Positions 60,058-64,000 of a stretch of DNA of 64,000 bases are shown here, one piece after another (position 1 is the stretch's first letter; each line of letters begins with the position of its first letter). The stretch is taken from assembly GCA_963710685.1 (NCBI GenBank), contig CAVQBH010000015.1, forward strand, positions 11,601 to 75,600, written 5' to 3'. The stretch is from an uncultured Methanomassiliicoccales archaeon (GTDB lineage Archaea; Thermoplasmatota; Thermoplasmata; Methanomassiliicoccales; UBA472). Below the pieces are notes generated by a model that was not told the origin of the DNA, searched no databases, and worked only from the letters and a program-made list of their open reading frames with translations. A program made the translations under genes and the position numbers.

Positions 60058-60093
60058 TTCTGTTGGGATCGAGCCAGTGTTGGTATGCGTGAA

Positions 60094-63000
60094 ATGATGA
60101 CTCGAAAAAGTTTGAATGCAGTACTGCTCATCGTAATGCTATTGTTCAGTTCAATCGTTATCGTCGTGCCAAGTATGGTCCGAGCTACCTCGGATGGCAC
60201 TTACAACTACACCGTGAACGGCGGTCAGGCAACGATCACTGGTTATGTCGGCAGCGGTGCCGCGATCACGATCCCTGCCACCCTGGGCACATATCCCGTG
60301 GTTGCCATTGCGAACCTTGCTTTCACGGGCGTAAATTCCGTGACCTCTGTGACGATCCCCAGCAATATCATTTTCATCGGGAACACCTCGTTCGATGGTT
60401 GCAACAATCTGGTATCGATAACCGTCGACGGCTCAAACACTCACTACGCCAGCAGTGCGGGCGTGCTCTACAGCCATGACCTGACCACTTTGGTCAACTA
60501 TCCCAAGGCGATGACCGGCAGTCATTTCGATATTCCAGACAGCGTCACCACGATCGGTGACCAGGCATTCTCCGGCGTCAAATACCTGACCTCCGTGACC
60601 ATACCGGACAGTGTTAGTTCTGTCGGGAACCAACAATTCCTCCTTTGCTCCATCTTGACGACCATTGACGTCAATTCAGGGAATTCCTTCTACGCCAGCA
60701 GTGGAGGCGTGCTCTACAGCCATGACCTGACCACATTGATCGTGTACCCGAACGGATTGACTACCGCCACGTTCACGATCCCCAGTTACGTCACCAAGAT
60801 CGGTGCATATTCATTCTACGGCTGCAGACCAACGACCGTTAACATCCCCAACAACGTCAGATCGATCGGGGACGATGCGTTCGACCAATGCACCCTAACG
60901 TCCGTGACCATCCCTGACAGCGTCACCTCGTTTGGGAACTATACATTCTATAACATCGGCAATCTGATCTCCGCCTCGATCGGCAATGGCGCGAAATATG
61001 TGGGCCAGTATGCGTTCTTCGATTGCTACAGGATGACCTCGGTGTCCATAGGCAGAAATGTCACCTATATCGGAGCAGATGCTTTCGGATGGTGCCCTCT
61101 CCCCTCGGTCTATATTCCCGCCAATGTCACCTCCATCGGGAGTGGCGCGTTCTGGCAAGACCATATCTCATCCATCACCATTCCTGGCCATGTCAGGTCC
61201 ATCGGTGACTATGCGTTCGACGCTTGCGTATATCTGACGTCTATCACCATTCCAAACAACACCATAACTGTGGGTAATCAGACGTTCTACGGCTGCAGCG
61301 AGCTTGCCTCTGCCGTCATCGGGAACGGTACCACTTACATCGGCTGGCAGACGTTCGCCAATTGTCCGGGACTGACCTCGGTGTCCATAGGTGCAAATGT
61401 CACCAACATCGATAACAGCGCGTTCCAGAATTGTGTTGGCTTGGTCTCCATCACCATTCCTGGCAAAGTCACCCGCATTGGTACTTCCGCATTCCAGGGT
61501 TGCACCGATCTATCCTCGATGAAATTCCTGGGGCTGATCGCTCCTACCTCCGTGGGAGCTAACTGGATCACAGGAACGAGCTTGGGGATACTGGGCCAAG
61601 CATACCAAGGATCGGATTTCCCAGTTCCCGGTCAGAGTTTCAACGGTCTGCTGATGGGCGGGAACATACCTCATGTGCCCGGAGCCCCGACCGGTCTTGC
61701 CGCGCTCGCCGGCAATGATCAGGTAACACTGAATTGGACCGCACCGGCAAATAACGGAGGCGAGACGATCGATCATTACGTCGTATACGAGAACGGTGCG
61801 GCGGCCGGGACGTTCACCACCCTCGCGGCCACGATCACTGGGCTTACGTTCAGCCAGACATATATCTTCAAGGTGGCAGCACACAACTCAGTCGGGAACG
61901 GCCCGAACTCCACTGCCGTCCAAGGCATGCCGATCAATCCGATCACCTTGACGATAACATCGCCGACCAACAACTTCTTTAACAACACCGGCAGCTTGTT
62001 AGTGAAATGGACGGAAAGTGGCACAGACTCTAGCCTAGCTATGACCGAGGTCAGGGTCGACAATGGTATTTGGACCGTCGTGTCGGGAACCAGCGACTCG
62101 CTGACCGGTCTGTCCGACGGTTCTCACAATGTATCAGTCGAGGCGACAGACAACGCCGGGAACATCAACACCGCCTCGGTGATGTTCATCGTTGATACAG
62201 TCGTCCCCATAATATCCATAAACGCTCCGGTATTCGCGACCTATACTGGCAACGTGCCCGCATCCTGGGTCGTCTCCGATGACGGCTCTGGCATAGCTAA
62301 AACCGAGATCAAGATAGATACCGGTTCATGGAATAGTGTCCCATCTATAAGGAGCGAAACGCTGACGGGCATATCTGATGGTCCTCATAACATTACGATC
62401 AGAGCGACAGACAACGCTGGCAACGTTCAGACCTCCACTATCGGTTTCGCTGTAGACACTAAAGCACCATCACTGACCATAACCTCTCCATTATCTGGGT
62501 TGTACAACAACACCGGAAACGTATCGGTGAAGTGGACTGAAAGTGACAGTGGCTCCGGCGTAGCAATGACGGAGATCAAGGTCGATTCCGGTTCTTGGAA
62601 CGTCGTATCTGGAACAAGCGATAATATCAGCGGACTTAGTGGTGGGCCCCACATCATCTACATGACTGCTATGGACCACGTCGGTAACGTGAACACCGCT
62701 TCGGTGGCGTTCACCGTCGACACCATCGCCCCGAGCGTCAGCATCACCTATCCGACAGCTGGTTCATACAACGTTACTGGCAGCGTAACAGTGAAGTGGA
62801 CGGCGAGCGATTCTGGATCCGGCATCGCCAAGACCGAGATCCAGGTCGACAGCTCTTCTTGGAGCGTCGTTTCTGGAACAAGCGATGCTTTGACCAGCCT
62901 ATCTAACGGTTCTCACACGGTGACGGTTAGAGCAACGGACAACGCTGGTAATGCGAAGACCGCATCGGTGAGTTTTGTAATCGACACCGCCGCTCCCGTC

Positions 63001-64000
63001 CTGAGAATCATGAATCCATTGGCCGGTTCGTTCACGAACTTGACCTCGGTTATGGTCAAGTGGTACGCTGAGGATGGAGGTTCTGGTATTGTCAAAACGG
63101 AGATCGTGCTCGACACCGGTTCATGGGCCACCATCTCCGGGACAAGCCATTCCTTGACCTCACTTGCCAACGGAACTCATACCGTGACCATTAGAGCAAC
63201 TGACAATGCGGGCAACCTGAACACCACATCGGTGACATTCACAGTCGACATGGTCAAGCCCGTTCTGAACATTATGGCCCCGGTCCTAGACTCATGGTAC
63301 AATACCACTGCGCTCAATGCCATCTGGACCGCGAGCGACTCGGGTAGCGGCATTGCCTACTTCCTGGTCTCCCTCGACAACGGTCAATGGACAAACGGGA
63401 CCAATGAGTATCAGATGTTAAGCGGTCTGACCAATGGCCAACACACCATCGAGGTGCGCGCATATGATAAGGCAGGAAACTACAACGACACCGCTCTGCC
63501 GTTCAATGTGGACACGATCAAGCCGATGCTTACCGTCACCACACCGATCGAGAACGCCCGCCTCGACCTGTCCGCCGTCGATGTCTCTTGGAACGCCAAC
63601 AGTGCGTCCGGGATCGCCAATTACTGGGTCAGTATCGACGGCGGTGTTTGGACAGATGTGGCGAAGGGCACCTCTTATTCGTTCGCTTCCCTTGCCGAGG
63701 GCAGCCATGTCGTCTCCGTGAAGGCAGAGAACAACGTCGGCGATTGGAACGTGAGTTCCATCTCCATCGTCATCGATACCGTCGCCCCGACCATCGACGA
63801 GCATTCGTCAAATGGCAGTAACGTATCTTGCAGCGCAACGACCTGGGCTTCTTTCTCTGAGATCATGAACACGAGCTCGGTGAGGGTCAGCGTGAACGGA
63901 TTGAATGGAACGCTCACATGGAAGGGAAACAATGTCACATTCAGCCCGATTGCGAAGATGGCGTACGACACGACCTATCATGTGACCGTCGCCGGCAAGG
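60094..64000 (+). CDS. Giant secreted BspA-type leucine-rich-repeat, FN3 and tandem Ig-like repeat surface protein (3' partial, continues beyond the window)
   Basis: My own translation from ATG 60094 is open to the last base and is absent from the ORF track. It has a signal peptide (LNAVLLIVMLLFSSIVIVVPSMVRA), about 20 LRR_5-like units (..SVTIPxSVTxIGxxAFxxC..), FN3 (APTGLAALAGNDQVTLNWTAPANNGGETIDHYVVY), and seven 88-aa repeats (..WTxSDSGSGIAxTEIxVDxxSW...ATDNAGN..). Confidence 0.85.
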   Translation, partial: MMTRKSLNAVLLIVMLLFSSIVIVVPSMVRATSDGTYNYTVNGGQATITGYVGSGAAITIPATLGTYPVVAIANLAFTGVNSVTSVTIPSNIIFIGNTSFDGCNNLVSITVDGSNTHYASSAGVLYSHDLTTLVNYPKAMTGSHFDIPDSVTTIGDQAFSGVKYLTSVTIPDSVSSVGNQQFLLCSILTTIDVNSGNSFYASSGGVLYSHDLTTLIVYPNGLTTATFTIPSYVTKIGAYSFYGCRPTTVNIPNNVRSIGDDAFDQCTLTSVTIPDSVTSFGNYTFYNIGNLISASIGNGAKYVGQYAFFDCYRMTSVSIGRNVTYIGADAFGWCPLPSVYIPANVTSIGSGAFWQDHISSITIPGHVRSIGDYAFDACVYLTSITIPNNTITVGNQTFYGCSELASAVIGNGTTYIGWQTFANCPGLTSVSIGANVTNIDNSAFQNCVGLVSITIPGKVTRIGTSAFQGCTDLSSMKFLGLIAPTSVGANWITGTSLGILGQAYQGSDFPVPGQSFNGLLMGGNIPHVPGAPTGLAALAGNDQVTLNWTAPANNGGETIDHYVVYENGAAAGTFTTLAATITGLTFSQTYIFKVAAHNSVGNGPNSTAVQGMPINPITLTITSPTNNFFNNTGSLLVKWTESGTDSSLAMTEVRVDNGIWTVVSGTSDSLTGLSDGSHNVSVEATDNAGNINTASVMFIVDTVVPIISINAPVFATYTGNVPASWVVSDDGSGIAKTEIKIDTGSWNSVPSIRSETLTGISDGPHNITIRATDNAGNVQTSTIGFAVDTKAPSLTITSPLSGLYNNTGNVSVKWTESDSGSGVAMTEIKVDSGSWNVVSGTSDNISGLSGGPHIIYMTAMDHVGNVNTASVAFTVDTIAPSVSITYPTAGSYNVTGSVTVKWTASDSGSGIAKTEIQVDSSSWSVVSGTSDALTSLSNGSHTVTVRATDNAGNAKTASVSFVIDTAAPVLRIMNPLAGSFTNLTSVMVKWYAEDGGSGIVKTEIVLDTGSWATISGTSHSLTSLANGTHTVTIRATDNAGNLNTTSVTFTVDMVKPVLNIMAPVLDSWYNTTALNAIWTASDSGSGIAYFLVSLDNGQWTNGTNEYQMLSGLTNGQHTIEVRAYDKAGNYNDTALPFNVDTIKPMLTVTTPIENARLDLSAVDVSWNANSASGIANYWVSIDGGVWTDVAKGTSYSFASLAEGSHVVSVKAENNVGDWNVSSISIVIDTVAPTIDEHSSNGSNVSCSATTWASFSEIMNTSSVRVSVNGLNGTLTWKGNNVTFSPIAKMAYDTTYHVTVAGK
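61930..63780 (+). repeat. Seven tandem coding repeats with a 264-bp period (Ig-like domains) inside the LRR protein gene
   Basis: The conserved landmark codon block GC(G/A)AC(A/G/T)GACAA(C/T)GC recurs at 62143, 62404, 62932 and 63196, with diverged equivalents at 62668, 63460 and 63724. Spacing is 261 then 264 bp. Confidence 0.8.

Noticed and set aside
61930-63780. Regular 264-bp periodicity: could this be a CRISPR array or a satellite?
   Set aside because: The period is far too long for CRISPR. The units are diverged and in frame inside one continuous ORF, and they encode an Ig-like protein repeat.

Overview
This is an archaeal chromosomal segment, and by gene content it looks like Thermoplasmatota or a relative of Methanomassiliicoccales. 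I made that lineage call by eye, without any alignment. The archaeal assignment rests on these genes: RpoL, RadB, ArcS, Bud32, an ATP-dependent DNA ligase, a Hef-type helicase, XPD, an isopentenyl-phosphate kinase / type-2 IDI / GGPP synthase operon, and a tRNA with a bulge-helix-bulge intron. The window is mostly densely packed housekeeping genes: amt-glnK, pyrBI, lig, truD, and two identical tandem 5S rRNA genes. These are interleaved with very large surface proteins: a 1.6k-aa FG-GAP/PKD protein, a 1.47k-aa TPR protein, and a BspA-type LRR/Ig-repeat protein of more than 1.3k aa that runs off the window end and is missing from the supplied ORF track. Accessory features are as follows. (1) A roughly 6.5-kb Cd/Zn-resistance and redox-detoxification block sits directly downstream of an intron-containing tRNA-Gly. 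It is closed by a degenerate copy of that tRNA's 3' end. (2) A decayed tyrosine-recombinase remnant lies next to tRNA-Pro, just upstream of the LRR adhesin-like gene. (3) An ORB-like dyad plus G-string lies at the extreme left edge. The most pervasive signal is that at least eight genes are interrupted by single-base frame shifts, mostly at short homopolymers, or by one point nonsense codon. This means either homopolymer indel errors in the assembly or real gene decay. No CRISPR array, restriction-modification system or recognisable defence system was seen. All family calls come from motif recognition by eye, not from database searches.
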